A stretch of 63,963 nucleotides of DNA, filler included, from Atractiella rhizophila (taxonomy: Eukaryota): the NCBI GenBank assembly GCA_021432655.1. It is 4 parts of 4 records of this genome, joined end to end, with 100 filler letters (N's around TTAATTAATTAA, not from the genome) between each part and the next. Parts side by side here need not be neighbours in the genome. Positions count along the whole stretch, not along the records: positions 49,139 to 61,521 come from MU271852.1; 3 more parts are not named here. One strand, 5' to 3'. Below are positions 49,310-61,621 of this stretch, piece after piece. Positions within the stretch are counted from its first letter, which is position 1. Each line of letters opens with the position of its first letter. A model generated the notes under the pieces. That model worked only from the letters and a program-made list of their open reading frames with translations, was not told the DNA's origin and searched no databases. The translations under genes were made by a program, and so were the position numbers.

Positions 49310-51294
49310 GCTTGACTCACTGTCACTATGTTTTAGTTAGTGTGTTAAAGATAAAACCATCGCTCTCCAGGCAATGCAGGACGCTAATAGGAAGTCGCTT
49401 TTTAATAGCACGCGCTTACAGAGTTTCTCTTCTTTAGTGAGGTCTTGAGTGGCTGTTAAGAGAATTGTATGGATGCTCTTGATGGCATTGAGGAGGTGAA
49501 GAGCTATGTTGAAGCAACAGTTAAGGAAAATGACAGAGAAGCAGTCGCTCTCCTCCTCTCTAGTTGTACTTATCGCGCTAAGTTAGGGAATAGCCTTTAC
49601 TAGGCAACGGGCTTGAGCTAAATATTGTTGCGAGTCTGGAAGAAAGCGGAGTAACTGGTTACCAAAGCTCGGATACCTCAAAGAGACCAGTGTCTCCCAC
49701 AGGACTGTCTTGGCAACTTGGGTTTCTGCCCTTATTGCGAATGGCTTGTTGCTCGTTCCTACTTCTCTTCCCTTTGCCACGGACGCTATTTACGGAGACG
49801 CCTTCTAGAGCTTTTAAAGTACTCCAGCAACTGCCAGATAGTTGTTTTTAGACGCTAACGCTACCGCGACAACTCCTTTCCTCACCCTTCGTGCCGCTTC
49901 CACAAATAACTCTCATGCCTCCTAGGCCATCTCCGCGAATCCTAAAACTTTCTTTTTAAGCTGTGTTGGGTCATGTAACTATGTCGCGTAGAGGAGTTTC
50001 TAGAGGAGCTAAAAAGCGTGAGGTAGTCATTAGAGCGGGAAAGTCTAACCTAACGGTTCGACGTGCTATTCTCTTCCTTTAAGTTGCTCAGGGTCAGCTG
50101 GTAGTTGTAGAGGCTACGAAAGGAAAGGAATTAGGACTAGTTGCCTAACCTGCTTAGGGAATCCTCTACCGACAGTAGTTGTCCTCAGCATGTCTGTCTA
50201 GAAACGTTGACAACAGGTCTTCAACTGACGACTTCTCGTTCGCTCCTCTTTATCCCCTCCTTGATACCTTCTTCCACCACATAGTGACAACCGCTCCTAC
50301 CTGTGCTCGTTCTGCTTGCATTGAGGATTCTTCTGCGTTTGGGGTTCAGACCGTAGCTCCTAGAGAAGAGGTAGTTTAGCGCGCTTTGCGCTCTTGAGGT
50401 TAGTTGAGAGGGGGCTGTTGCGGAAGCAGGTGCTGATTCAGGGGAGGGAGCTGAGGCAACTATTTAGCCTACCGCGGATTACGAGCACGCAACTTCTTAA
50501 CCCCCTCTCACCGGCGTACCTTGCAGAGGCTTCCCCATAAAGTCCTATAGATACTTGGTCACGATAGTGACACCCGTTCTCCCCGTGACCCCATCTCTCA
50601 CGTGTGAAGTCTTCGTGGTCGTTCATCTGAGGGAGCAAGCTCTTAAGTTCTTTATGCCATAGCTGGAGGGGGCACGCTTACGTTTGCGTATGCACTAGTT
50701 CCACAAGCTTCTTCCGTTGCGAGGACGCTAGATACGTCTCCTATATTTGGGAGTTTGCTTAGCAGGTATAAAGCTCCTTGGTTTACAGGATAGAAGGAAG
50801 CTAGTATACCCGGTTTCAAGTTGCTGAGGAAACGTTGTTCTCTTCCCGATAATACAGCAGGTATTACCTCTTCTCCTCCTTTGCTGCTATTGGTCGCTGA
50901 AGCCCCGCATGGAACGTTACCACTTACTGCTCCTATAGGAGCTCGTTCCTCTTGGAAACCTTGGAAACTAGGTTCTCCTCCTGCAAAACTATTCCTGCTC
51001 AAAACCTTTCTTCTCCTCTACTACCTTTTCCTTGTTACCTTGGGGTAACTACAGCGCTATGCTCGCAAGGACCTTCTACAGCTTCTACTTCTGTGATAGA
51101 ACTCTCACTGTTCACGAACCTTTATAGGGCTGCTAAAAGAAGGAATGAAGCCAAACGAGTTGAACCTACCCCACCCTGGAGAAAGACTCCTACTTCTCTC
51201 CAACGTCGCGCTCAAGTTCGTGTTTCAGTTCCTAGATAAGCTCAAGTATAATGTCTTATGGTGGAACACGTCCGGCAAGCGTGGAGGGGTTAGT
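49294..51294. mobile_element. Hypermutated ~2-kb element with possible degenerate terminal inverted repeats
   Basis: ACTAACCCCT (49294-49303) and AGGGGTTAGT (51285-51294) are reverse complements; interior is stop-riddled and TpA-rich. Confidence 0.55.
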
Positions 51295-51771
51295 CCCGCT
51301 TACCCTGTTTGACCAGTTCTTCAACCCTTAAGCGAACTCAATCTGCTACACGGCAGTGAGTAGCCACACTTGTTCTTTCTTCCTTTAAGTGGCGAAGTGT
51401 CCACATGAAAATAAACAGACCAAAACACCGAACGCCATGCAAACAATGGGAAGGCTGCCAATACCAGTCAACTTCTAACATTGGGTTTGTGCTTGACCCG
51501 TGTGATGATGCCTTGCCTGTGTCTTTGCTGAACTTGGTGGCCGTTGAGAGGTTGAGTGTTGGTGGTCTTTGACTTTGCATGCGTCGATCGCTTTGTGGCT
51601 TTGCGTTCCGCTGTTCTGTTTTGTTTTCTGCTCACTCAAGCTGGCAAGTTCGTTTGTCGCTAAGACTATTTCTGCTTGCATAATGGATAATGGCATAGAT
51701 GGGACCATCGTAATGGACTGATAATTGCTAGGATAGCGGCCAGTCTAAATGGCACTCAAATATCCTAGCGA

Positions 51772-54700
51772 TTACCCTCTTCCCCTTCCTCTCTTCTTAT
51801 TCCTATTCCCTCTATTGGCTTTCATACCTCCACGCTTAGCATTCGCCACCTCGATCTCCTCCAAATTTCCAATCTGAAACTCTCCCTTCTCCCTGCCCGT
51901 CAAACTTACTCCCTTGTAGCTCTTCACGCCATCGCTTCTCCGCTGCTCTTTCTTCTCTGACTTCTGTCCCATCTGCATGTCCCCAGGCGCCTCACGCAAG
52001 CCGAATGACTTCGCCAGGTGTCCTAAATGCAGATTCCGTATGTGAAAGAACTCTTTTTCCTTGGATGGATGCGTCGAGTACGCCCGTAGATGAGATGTGA
52101 ACGCCCGCTTCGACAATTCCGTATTCTGCTCGACGACGCACGTCAGTCCTCCAGGTCTTCGCGCTTTTACGGCGTGACATGAACGGAGGGAAACGTACGG
52201 ACGAAGAAGCGACTACCCAACGCTCGAACCCCATCTGTACGTCCGTCGCCCTCTTTTCCCACTCTGCCCTACTCTCGCCACCATATCCACCCCTTAACAC
52301 GTCCCCTATCCCCTCTTCCTCCCCGAGCGACACCTCTATCTCTTCCTCACATTGCTTGATCCACTCCCTCTCTTTTCCGGGAAGCACAAAAGTGTAACTC
52401 TCCCCCTTCCTTCCCATTCGAGCAGTGCGGCCGATGCGATGGATGTATTCTGTTATTCCATCCTGCCAAAGGAGAACATATCAGACACCATGAAATAAAT
52501 AAGTTAAAGCGTAAGAAAATGCACGAACCTCAGTAGGCAGATCCCACTGCACCACCACTCCAACCGCCTCTGTACCCAAATCCAATCCTCTCGCGGCCAC
52601 ACTGGTCGATAGCAAGATCCTTCCTTCTTCGGTCTCCTCCGCAAACTTCTTCAGTCCCTCCACCCTAGAAGCGAGTGGAAGGTTGCCGTGGAGGCGGAGG
52701 AGCTTGGTGTCCTTGAGAAGGGGACATATCTTCCACATCTCCTCCTTTTCCTCTCCTTCCCCCTTCTCTTCCTCCCTTTCTTCCGCTTCCGAGTCCGAAT
52801 CCGAAACCATGTCCGGTTGGGACTCTCTTTCCTTCTTCCTTCCCAAAGTCAGTCCCCCCAAAGCAGTCCAAAAGAAGTCCACAGCATCGGTGCAACTGAA
52901 GAACACGAGCACCTTCGCCCCCTTCGTCTCCCTCATCATCCTCCTCAAGATAGCCACGAGCGCGACGAATCTCAACTTAGGTGGGGCGACGATGAGTTTC
53001 TGAACGAGCTGGGCAGGAGGACGCGGACGGTCTTCATCCCCTTCCTCCTCCATTCCAGATTTCCCTTTTCCCTTCGGTTTGAGTGCAGTAGCGATAGGAG
53101 CAGCGGATTCAGAGCTTTCCAGCAACCAAGGTTCCCTCAGCTCCTGTCCTACAAAGCTCTTCAACCCTCTCTCGATCGTAGCCGAACAAAGCACCATCCT
53201 CCACGCTCTCCCTCTGAAGCTCAACTCGCTCAACAATTTCACGATCTCCTCCAGCTGCGGTGTGAAGCCCAAATCACCCATTCGATCCGCCTCGTCAATA
53301 ACGAGCCACCTCACCCCTCCCCAGTTCAGATCCGCCTCCCTCACGCCCCTTCGGAGCGATTCTGTGCTCTTCAGGTGGTCCAAAAGTCTTCCAGGAGTTC
53401 CTACTACTAATCCCAGGCCTTTCCGTAGTAATGCCTTCTCGTGCTCTCGGGTCTGTCCTCCGGTGAGGAGACCTGGGGTTAGGTACCTCTTCTTGGTATG
53501 AGGCGCCAGAGTCCGGAGGGTCTGGAATACAGAGGCGGCAGTTTCTTTAGTCGGAGTGAGGAAAAGGGCAAGAAGGGGAGTAGCTTCCGTCTCTCCATTC
53601 CCACCGGCGCGAGTATCATTCCTTTTCTTCTCCCCATCCTCTCCCCCGTTCGGCGGGAACAAGCTCATGAGGTCGTGTAGGACAGGTAGAGCGTATGCGA
53701 CTGTCTTCCCTGTCCCTGTCTGGCTCCTCAATAACACGTCCCTCTCCCTCTCCCCCTCTTCAGACCTGCTCATCAGGGCGGGTATTGCCACTCGCTGTAT
53801 GGAGGTCGGATGCGTGATCTTCAGCTTGTTGGTGAGACTGTGAAAGACAGAGGGGGCGAGTCCAAAGGATTGGAAGGAGGAGGAGGGCAGGGGAGCGTTC
53901 GATGGCTCCTGTCCTCCCGGCGCTGCCATCGTGGTGAGCGCGGTCGTGGGTTTCGATGCGAGTGTGGTGGGGGAAGCCGAGCGCATGCGGGGGAAGAGCG
54001 AGGAGATTACTTGTTTTGTTTTTACGACTGGGGCGGACGATTTGCTTGATGCTACATTCGAGGTCGACACCGAGAGACGAGAGGGGACCGATGTCGAAGA
54101 CAGCAGAACCGAAGCGGAAGTGGGTTTCGCTGGCGATGTCGACGGGGCAGCAGGAGCGTCGGCTGAGAGGACAAAGTTTCAGAAACTTGCAATATCTATT
54201 TAATGCAAAGAAATATTTTGGCTAAAGTTCTGAGTCACATTGATGGATTAGCGTGTGATATGTCTGCTACGAGCTAATTCAGATTGCCACTATCATCAAA
54301 TAACAGGCCGCTCCGTCAGCGTTCCTTTAGAACGTTCTGATTTAACCTGATAAAATCACAGGCGAGGAAGGCTGTAACGGTATATTTGAGCACGAATGTA
54401 TAGACTGGTGGTAGCAAAACAGCTGTACCGTATCTTGAACGGGGTGAATGTCGATGTAGCTTTATGCTGCCGCAAGTTGGGACAGCAAACACAACCATGA
54501 ATGACGATGCATAGAATTTGCCATCCATGCTCGCTGCTACCATAATCATAGATCTTGTTCGATCCTGCTTAGGCTGTTCATGACAAGTTCAGTAAAGACA
54601 CAATCAATTTGAGAATGGACTCTATTCATGATGCATCTCGATCATAGTTTTCAATCCCCTCTCCCCGTCGTAATCCAGAGGCAGTAAAATGAAAACATAC

Positions 54701-54941
54701 ATTCTTCTTCCTCATCTTCTTCATCACTATCCGGCTTGAATCTCTTCACTGGCCTCCAAGCCAACCCAACTCCACCCCCAGAATCATCAGCCTCATCAGC
54801 TTTCCGTTTCTTAGTCCGCAACACTTCTTTCCGCTGCGAGACGAGTTTATCAGTCCATCTACCGCCAGTCTTTGCTTTCGACTTGGTTTTGACTTTGGAA
54901 GAGATGGCTGGAGGAGGGGCGAAGTTGAGTAGGAGAGACAT
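51772..54941 (-). CDS. DBP7: DEAD-box RNA helicase Dbp7
   Basis: N-terminal LLLNF...[79 protein letters not shown]. Confidence 0.95.
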
Positions 54942-55571
54942 TTCGAAGCGTTGCTTGTCCTCCAGCTCGCTGAAAAAAATGGGTGAAATGCGTGAGAAAG
55001 TAAAAACCTGTGTAAGTTGTGTGCAATAATAGTGCAACTAATAAGATTTCACAACGCAATGGAAAGGAGGAAAGGACTGGTCAACCACGAATTGGGGGAC
55101 TCGGAAGAGCTATGAGTGAACTACCAGGTGGGAATGTACTACAGCAGATATGGCAACTCTGTTGTCTCCATCATTGGCGTCATGGTGGAGTTCTCATTGT
55201 CAAAATGCTCTGCTTAGATAATTTGCTTTATGCGTATCACCGCACCATATACAAATTCACATAGCTAGCCTTTGTATCCCTACCAAGACGTGTGTTCAGG
55301 GGTAGTAGGGATTTGAGGGTGTTCAAGTCCTGTCCCTGTAATCATCCAAACTTCCTTACGATCATCATCTGATTCCTTTCGTTCTACAGCTAATCATTTG
55401 ACATAACAATAGAAATATTTGCTAAACTCGTAAAATACATATGCAATCGACTAAAGATAGAGTAACACGAATGATGCTACAACCAGTACAGATGCGTGCC
55501 TGAACATACTGTTTAAACTCAAACGATACCCCCATAGGAAGCACTGATACAACTTTGCGAAAAGGAAGCAG

Positions 55572-57758
55572 CTACACCATCTCCTCATCGGATTCCCCTT
55601 CAGAACATTCCTCCATCAGACCACTAATCCACATTTCTGCAGTGTCCAGTTGCTCCTAACCGCTGCATCAGTTGACTTCGGTAGGAAAGAATACAAGAAT
55701 CGTACGGGTTTCAGCAGCACGACTCTCAACAGCTCTCGTCTTAGAGTGCCATTGTGTCCCCAGATCTCCCACCAATTCAACCAGCTCTCGTCAGCTTCCT
55801 CTGAAAGGTATTGAGGAAGTGCCCAAAGCAGAGAAGCGGCACAGATTTGCGCTGCGCTGAAAAAAATGAATTTGTTGCCTTTGTTTTGATCTCAACTTAA
55901 TTCTTGGCAAGACGAGAGAATTACTAACAAGAGCAAGTCTCCATGACTGCATCTGTCCAGAGATTGAATATATTCTCCCATCCCTTCGTTCCGCGAGATG
56001 AAGAGGCCTGCTTCCTGAAGAAGGGAAGAGCATTCGCTATTTCCTCCAGGTAATCAAACGGTGTGGGAAAATGGAGTTTGAACTGGATGGAGGGAGAATG
56101 CAGGAGAAGTCGTTCGTATTTATCCAATAGAGCTGGAGTGAACGGAAGATTCGATTGCTCCAGTAGAACGCTGACGCGGAGGACAAATAGAGGCTTTGTA
56201 AAATCACGGTGGAACTGTGGTCTCATCAGCTCCAAACTGGCTGTTGCACAGGAAGTGAGTCACCTTCACACTGATGGCGATTGCAGCAAGAGCTAGACCC
56301 CACAGGTCCCACCTCCTTTGCTTGCTCGCTTTCTCCTTCTCCACCTTCTCCTTCTCTTCCGCTTCGGCACTCCACCACGCCTCCACCCTCGCTTTGGATG
56401 CGTTCTGATCCAGGTCTCGAGTGATATCACTTATCGTGAAATGGAAGGCACGGCAAGCCCACCAACGGGCATTTTGATGCACCTCAATCTCTCCTTCGGT
56501 TTCGTATTCCTCTGCAGGTAGCCAACACCCCCTTAACCAGGATCTGACGGCAGGGAGGATCGAGCGAAAGTGATGATACATCCCGTCAGCGAAATGTGCA
56601 TTTGGAAGTGCAACATCTCGACTCTTCAAATTTTCTAACCGTATTGCAGCCACAGGGAGTGATGATGGAATAAGGCTAAAACTCTGCTTTGAATGGGACC
56701 GAAACAGGTTCCCGCTTCCATTACCAGAGGGGAGCGAAGGAACACGGTTGGGTTGAGGTTTCCAACAGCCTTGCAGGATAGCAGGAGAAGTTTGCATTGA
56801 CTCCTCCTCCGAGTCGGGCACTTCGTATGACCCTGGAGATTGAGATCCCATTGAGCAGGAAGATGAAGTAAAGGACGAAGCTGGTTCCGGAGTGCATGGT
56901 ACTGTGGGGATGAGCTCCGATTCGACGGACTCTTTCGAAATTGTGATCTCGAGAGTTGGGGGACTGGGGGTGGCGGGAAGAAATGGAGATGGTGGAGAAG
57001 CTGACGCCGAGATGTGAAATGTAGGGGTAGAATGGTAGAGTGGTGACGCCGACGAACGAGCAGGGGACCCTGCGGCACGTAGTTAGTAGGGAGAGCGTGC
57101 ATGCGGTGAAAAGGCACATCTCTCATCTTCTCTGACAGCAAGACGACTTTGTCGACCATCCACATCTGTTATCGGTCAGTCGCCGCAACAAACGAAAGTG
57201 CAGCAAACCAGTTACCAGTGCCAATCTGTCCAAGTATCGCACTTCTCCCGAGTCCCGAGCCTTCCATTCCAGTATTAGCTACAACGTTTGTTCAGATGAC
57301 TCTCTGACGAGGATGATATTCCCACCGTCAGGAGTGTCCAGACTCTTCAAGAGTTGGGAACAATTCAAATGGGGAAGAGTGGTTGCTTGTAGCTCAATGA
57401 GGCTTGGACAGCCTGCTTATGGTGAACAACGTACGCATCCAAGCTGCTCCTCGTAAGCTTTCCCAATCCAAACCTTCCGCTGTAGAAAGGAAACGATATT
57501 ATCAACACAACCTGCTTCGACGAAATGGACAACAGAAGCAAAGGGAACGGAAATGTGCTCAATCACAAAAAAAATCTCAACACCTCTTGAAACGAGGAAA
57601 TACGAACTATTTGTTGTTCCAATCGTCGTAAGTTTCTCTTCAAGACCGTCTACTCCCATCCCGATCTCCCTTTGAAGCGAGGTAATGTTCTGAAAAATTG
57701 CATCGTCGGGTGAATAGGAGTATAAACTCGGAAATCGGGTGAGAGCTTGAGAGTTCAT
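55572..57758 (-). CDS. Divergent cyclin-box protein (5' exons uncertain; possible frameshift/pseudogene)
   Basis: LWGLALAAIAISVK/FHRD...ERLLL...FKLHFPTPFDYL (cyclin N box-like) and FSAAQICAASLLWAL (cyclin C box-like), preceded by a Ser/Pro-rich region. Confidence 0.5.
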
Positions 57759-58706
57759 CGTATGGAAACAGCATAAGCGATTTATTTCTTTGGGGACCGG
57801 AAACGGTCGTCATTTTAAAGCGACACGTCTGGCAGCTTTTTTCTGACGCGCTTTCAAGTCACGTGCAGACTGTCGGGCGGAAAAGCTGTTAGCGGCATCA
57901 CAAGAAAGAATTTTTCGTTCGGCAACTCGTCTTGTAGCCTGAGCGTTGGAGCTGATAAGTTGTTTTATTGCTTGTGGCGGGACAGCGAGGTACGTTCATT
58001 CCTCATTGAACAAGAAGAGGATGCAAGGGCAGCTGAGGATGATTAAAAATACATTACGTTCAAGCTCAACAGTCTGAGATTCGATGAGGAGCTTTCCTTT
58101 CTGCAATTCTGAAGAGCTGCCCTTCATTCATTGGTTGTACTCCTAAACCGTGAGGCTAACCGTTACGAATGATAGGTCATTTCCATCCCGATGCTCAACA
58201 ATTGCCTGCTGTAACGTGCTTCAAACTGTCTGTGTCGGTACAAAAACCTTTCCTGACCCACTTTCAGTGGTCTTGATCCTATAACTATTGTACGGATGGT
58301 AGGGATTTGTGAGAGTCAACTTTAAAACTTCAAGTATCCATAATATACAGAGTTAGGGATAATGTTTCATTGTTCAGTGTCTTTGGTTTGTGTCTCTCCT
58401 AACAACAGATGTACATGATGCAGATTGAAATATGAACCATGCAGACGGAGACTTCAAAAACCCAGGGCAACCGAGAATGAAGTTTGAGCGAAGGAAGTAG
58501 CGAGCGTAGAATCTAGAGGTATCCATTGCCTTTGAGGATCAGAAAACAACTCCGAATCTATTTCCAAGTGCCAGAAACACAAGTATGCAAGTCACCGTGA
58601 AATTCGCGCCTCAGTGATCCTCCGCGAGAAACGCCGAAGTAAGTGGACCAGCAGTGGCCGCAGAGACGAAGGGGAGTAGACACTCTTCACCTGGTTCTTG
58701 TCGTCT

Positions 58707-59540
58707 TCATTGCGAGTTATTACCACCCGCAAGCCACTGAGATAAACTGAGCATGAACTGTAGGTATCCCCAATCTGGCGGCGCTTGCTTATGGCGGTGG
58801 CGACGCCGTAGCCATATTGCAGTACCAACGACGAAGAGAATTACAACACCAACGGGTGTGGTGACAGCGATGGCTATTATTTGAGAACGGCCCTTGTAAT
58901 TCGTTGGACGTAGTGGCCCGGCGATCGGCCCTTGGGGCGTTGGCGTGGGAGCAGGGGTTGGCGAGGGCCTCTGAGCCTCCCGAAGTTGCTCCTCTGTATA
59001 CTGCGTACACGTTGAATCGCTGACCTCCCCACTGACACAGGCCAGTTTGGGGTCAAGCCCGACCTGGAATATGGCTTCGTATCCACCACATATCCCATCC
59101 GAACCTTTACATCCATCAATTAATAATCTTTCGTGCCTCCAAAGAAAGAAAGGCGCACCACAGTGGATATTACCTGAGCAACTACCCTGGGTCAAAGGAG
59201 GGCAGCTATCCCCAATGTCTCCCACGCATATTTCTCCAAAACAGCTGCCACCATCGCAGTTGTCGTTAAAGAAGCAGGGACTTTCTGATTCCATCCACAT
59301 TGTCAAGTAGTGGTTGAAGAAGAGAAAGATTCACGGACCGATAAAGCAGTATGCCTGCGATGGGTCGTGTCTATTCGGGACGCACAAGTCGGCATCTGGA
59401 AAGTAACCTGGGAGCACGTCGTAGAGCAGCTGACAGCTAATTCCTTGAGGGTCACAAGGATAGTTGCCAATTCCCAGAAAACCTGACTGTTGAGCTAGGA
59501 TGTGAAGTGGGCAGATGTGAAGGAACGGCCAGATCCTCAT
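58707..59540 (-). CDS. Cys-rich extracellular domain single-pass membrane protein
   Basis: Signal-like N-terminus, Cys-rich exons (CFFNDNCDGGSCFGEICVGDIGDSC...CGG...CVSG...TC), PTPAPTPTP stalk, TM IIAIAVTTPVGVVILFVVGTAIWL, basic RRRHR stop-transfer. Confidence 0.7.
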
Positions 59541-61184
59541 GTCGATATGATGTCGTTGGATCGCTTTGAAGCTTCAAGGAAAGATGCAACCTGGATGATG
59601 GTGGTACCAATGTAATATGATGAGATTCTTGAAGATTCTGAAGCAGTTTGGGGAGCATAAGAGGGAGCACTGCGTATTTAAGGGCACCATGGGAGGACAA
59701 AGGTTGGATTTGGAAGTGTTCCTAACACCTACGGCGGCGGCGCAACAAGGGAGGCCAGAGCAGTCCATCGCGTACATCTCAGTAGCCTCCTAAAGGAGAA
59801 AGGATACTTCTACTTGTGTAGCTTGCGCTATCGATACAGGCTAAGTTGATAATAATAATGAAAACTTATTTCTCATTCACATTTCATATTTTGGTCATGT
59901 TCATCCGAAACACTATGTCGTGTACGGTGGATGTCTGCCTCGCGGTTGTAAGAGCTGGTTGGTTTCCTCTAACTACCGTTGAGGCTAGCCTCTGTTCTCT
60001 CTCCTTCATCCTTTGCGCGGCCGATTGGCATCTTTTTAGTTGGGAATCGAAATTCCTGTCATTTCATTCATAGAAGTACAATTTCTGTAGCGAATCACTG
60101 CTGTGTCACTTGATCGAGACTATCCACTCCACATCCTCCTTTGTCGTAGGTTAGGAGTTTGTGGTAAGATGTGTTGTGGGTTTACAAGCCCTACATTATA
60201 AGAAATGTCGTGATACTAATAGCGTAGACGCTTCAAAGCATGGTTCTTACTGTTACGTCCATCACACTAGGTATCTAGCTTTATATTATGTCACCTTCAT
60301 TAGAACCATGTTACCACTTGAACCAGCCCCACGAGGTCTGTTCACAGTGAAAGATGTATTGAATAACATTATTCTTGCTCCTAAACTCCAAGCGATCGCG
60401 AACAAGGACGTTGACAACGTGGAGCTCCATTATGTTGATCTGGTTCGTCTCGACCCATCATGATCTCTCAGCAATTCAGCAGAATGCTTTCTGGAGATTC
60501 GGCCGTGGGAAAAAGTGTGAGAGTGCTCTGTTCATGATCTCACACTCTAGCGCTTCGTGTCCCAAGTAATGTTGAACAATGACGAGGCTATCGTTCGGAC
60601 GTTAGGGAAAATCCATATGATCAGGTTGCTTATTATGTTCCTCCCCATGATTTGGGTGCAGTCCTCGAACTCAAAATGTATTTCAAAATCCGGTTATTGT
60701 TTCGCGGTACTGTCTGTGCTCATTGCTCGTGAGTAGTGCGAGTAGTGGGCATTTTTAAGCTTGAATCTTGGAGATGCAGCAGGTTCTACGAAGGTGTCTT
60801 TGACTGCCTCTCGTTCGCTCCCTGAGTTCACGAACTGGGCGAAAGCGATACAGTAACCATCAGGTGAAGCCCGCCATTTCTGAATTTGACTCCGTAACCA
60901 CGCGCTAACGAGAAATAGAAATAATTAAGCTGCAGTGGCAGTGCACTCTCACAAAGGGAACTCTAAAGTATGCAATTCAAAGGGCTGATGTCCGTCCACC
61001 AAACTTAAAAACTTCCGCCTGATGTGGATGAAAGGGACTGTGCGTATATAACCCTGATGGCAAGGCAGGATTCCTCGACCGTGCTTGCACCTCGAAATTT
61101 CGCGTTCGTTTTCTGAGCCAGCCAGAGCTCAGCTTTCCATTCTTCCTGCTTTCGTTTCAATCTGCAGACTGCAATCGTTTTCCA

Positions 61185-61521
61185 ATGGATCCATCGTGCA
61201 ATACGACTTCAGCGATGGACATTGACGACGCTTCTCCTTCGACGCTTTTCAAACCACTTCCAGAGGTTTCCTCGAGTCCAAACACATCTCCCACGAAAAA
61301 TCGAAGGGTCCTCTCCTGGCTCTCGACCACGTCCGAGAGCTCCTTTCGCTGTGCTACAGCCGCACGCATCGAACTATCAGCGGCATCCGCTAGAACGCGA
61401 GTCACCAGCCTGACTAGGAGTCGGCGCTCGAATAGATCACGTCGGGGGCGTGGGCCTGGGAAGCAAAGGAGCTTTCTGGACTTGGACCTAGACGAAGATG
61501 AGGAGAGGTTCAAACGCGTCT
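61185..61521 (+). CDS. Hypothetical protein 5' fragment, cut by contig join
   Basis: ATG-initiated Ser/Arg-rich ORF, open up to the gap. Confidence 0.4.
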
Positions 61522-61621
61522 NNNNNNNNNNNNNNNNNNNNNNNNNNNNNNNNNNNNNNNNNNNNTTAATTAATTAANNNNNNNNNNNNNNNNNNNNNNN
61601 NNNNNNNNNNNNNNNNNNNNN
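61522..61621. other. Contig join with artificial TTAATTAATTAA linker
   Basis: N run with linker. Confidence 0.97.

Noticed and set aside
55297..55338. GTTCAAGTCC T-loop-like motif in a hairpin, possible tRNA
   Set aside because: Forms one simple stem-loop; no cloverleaf, D arm or A box.
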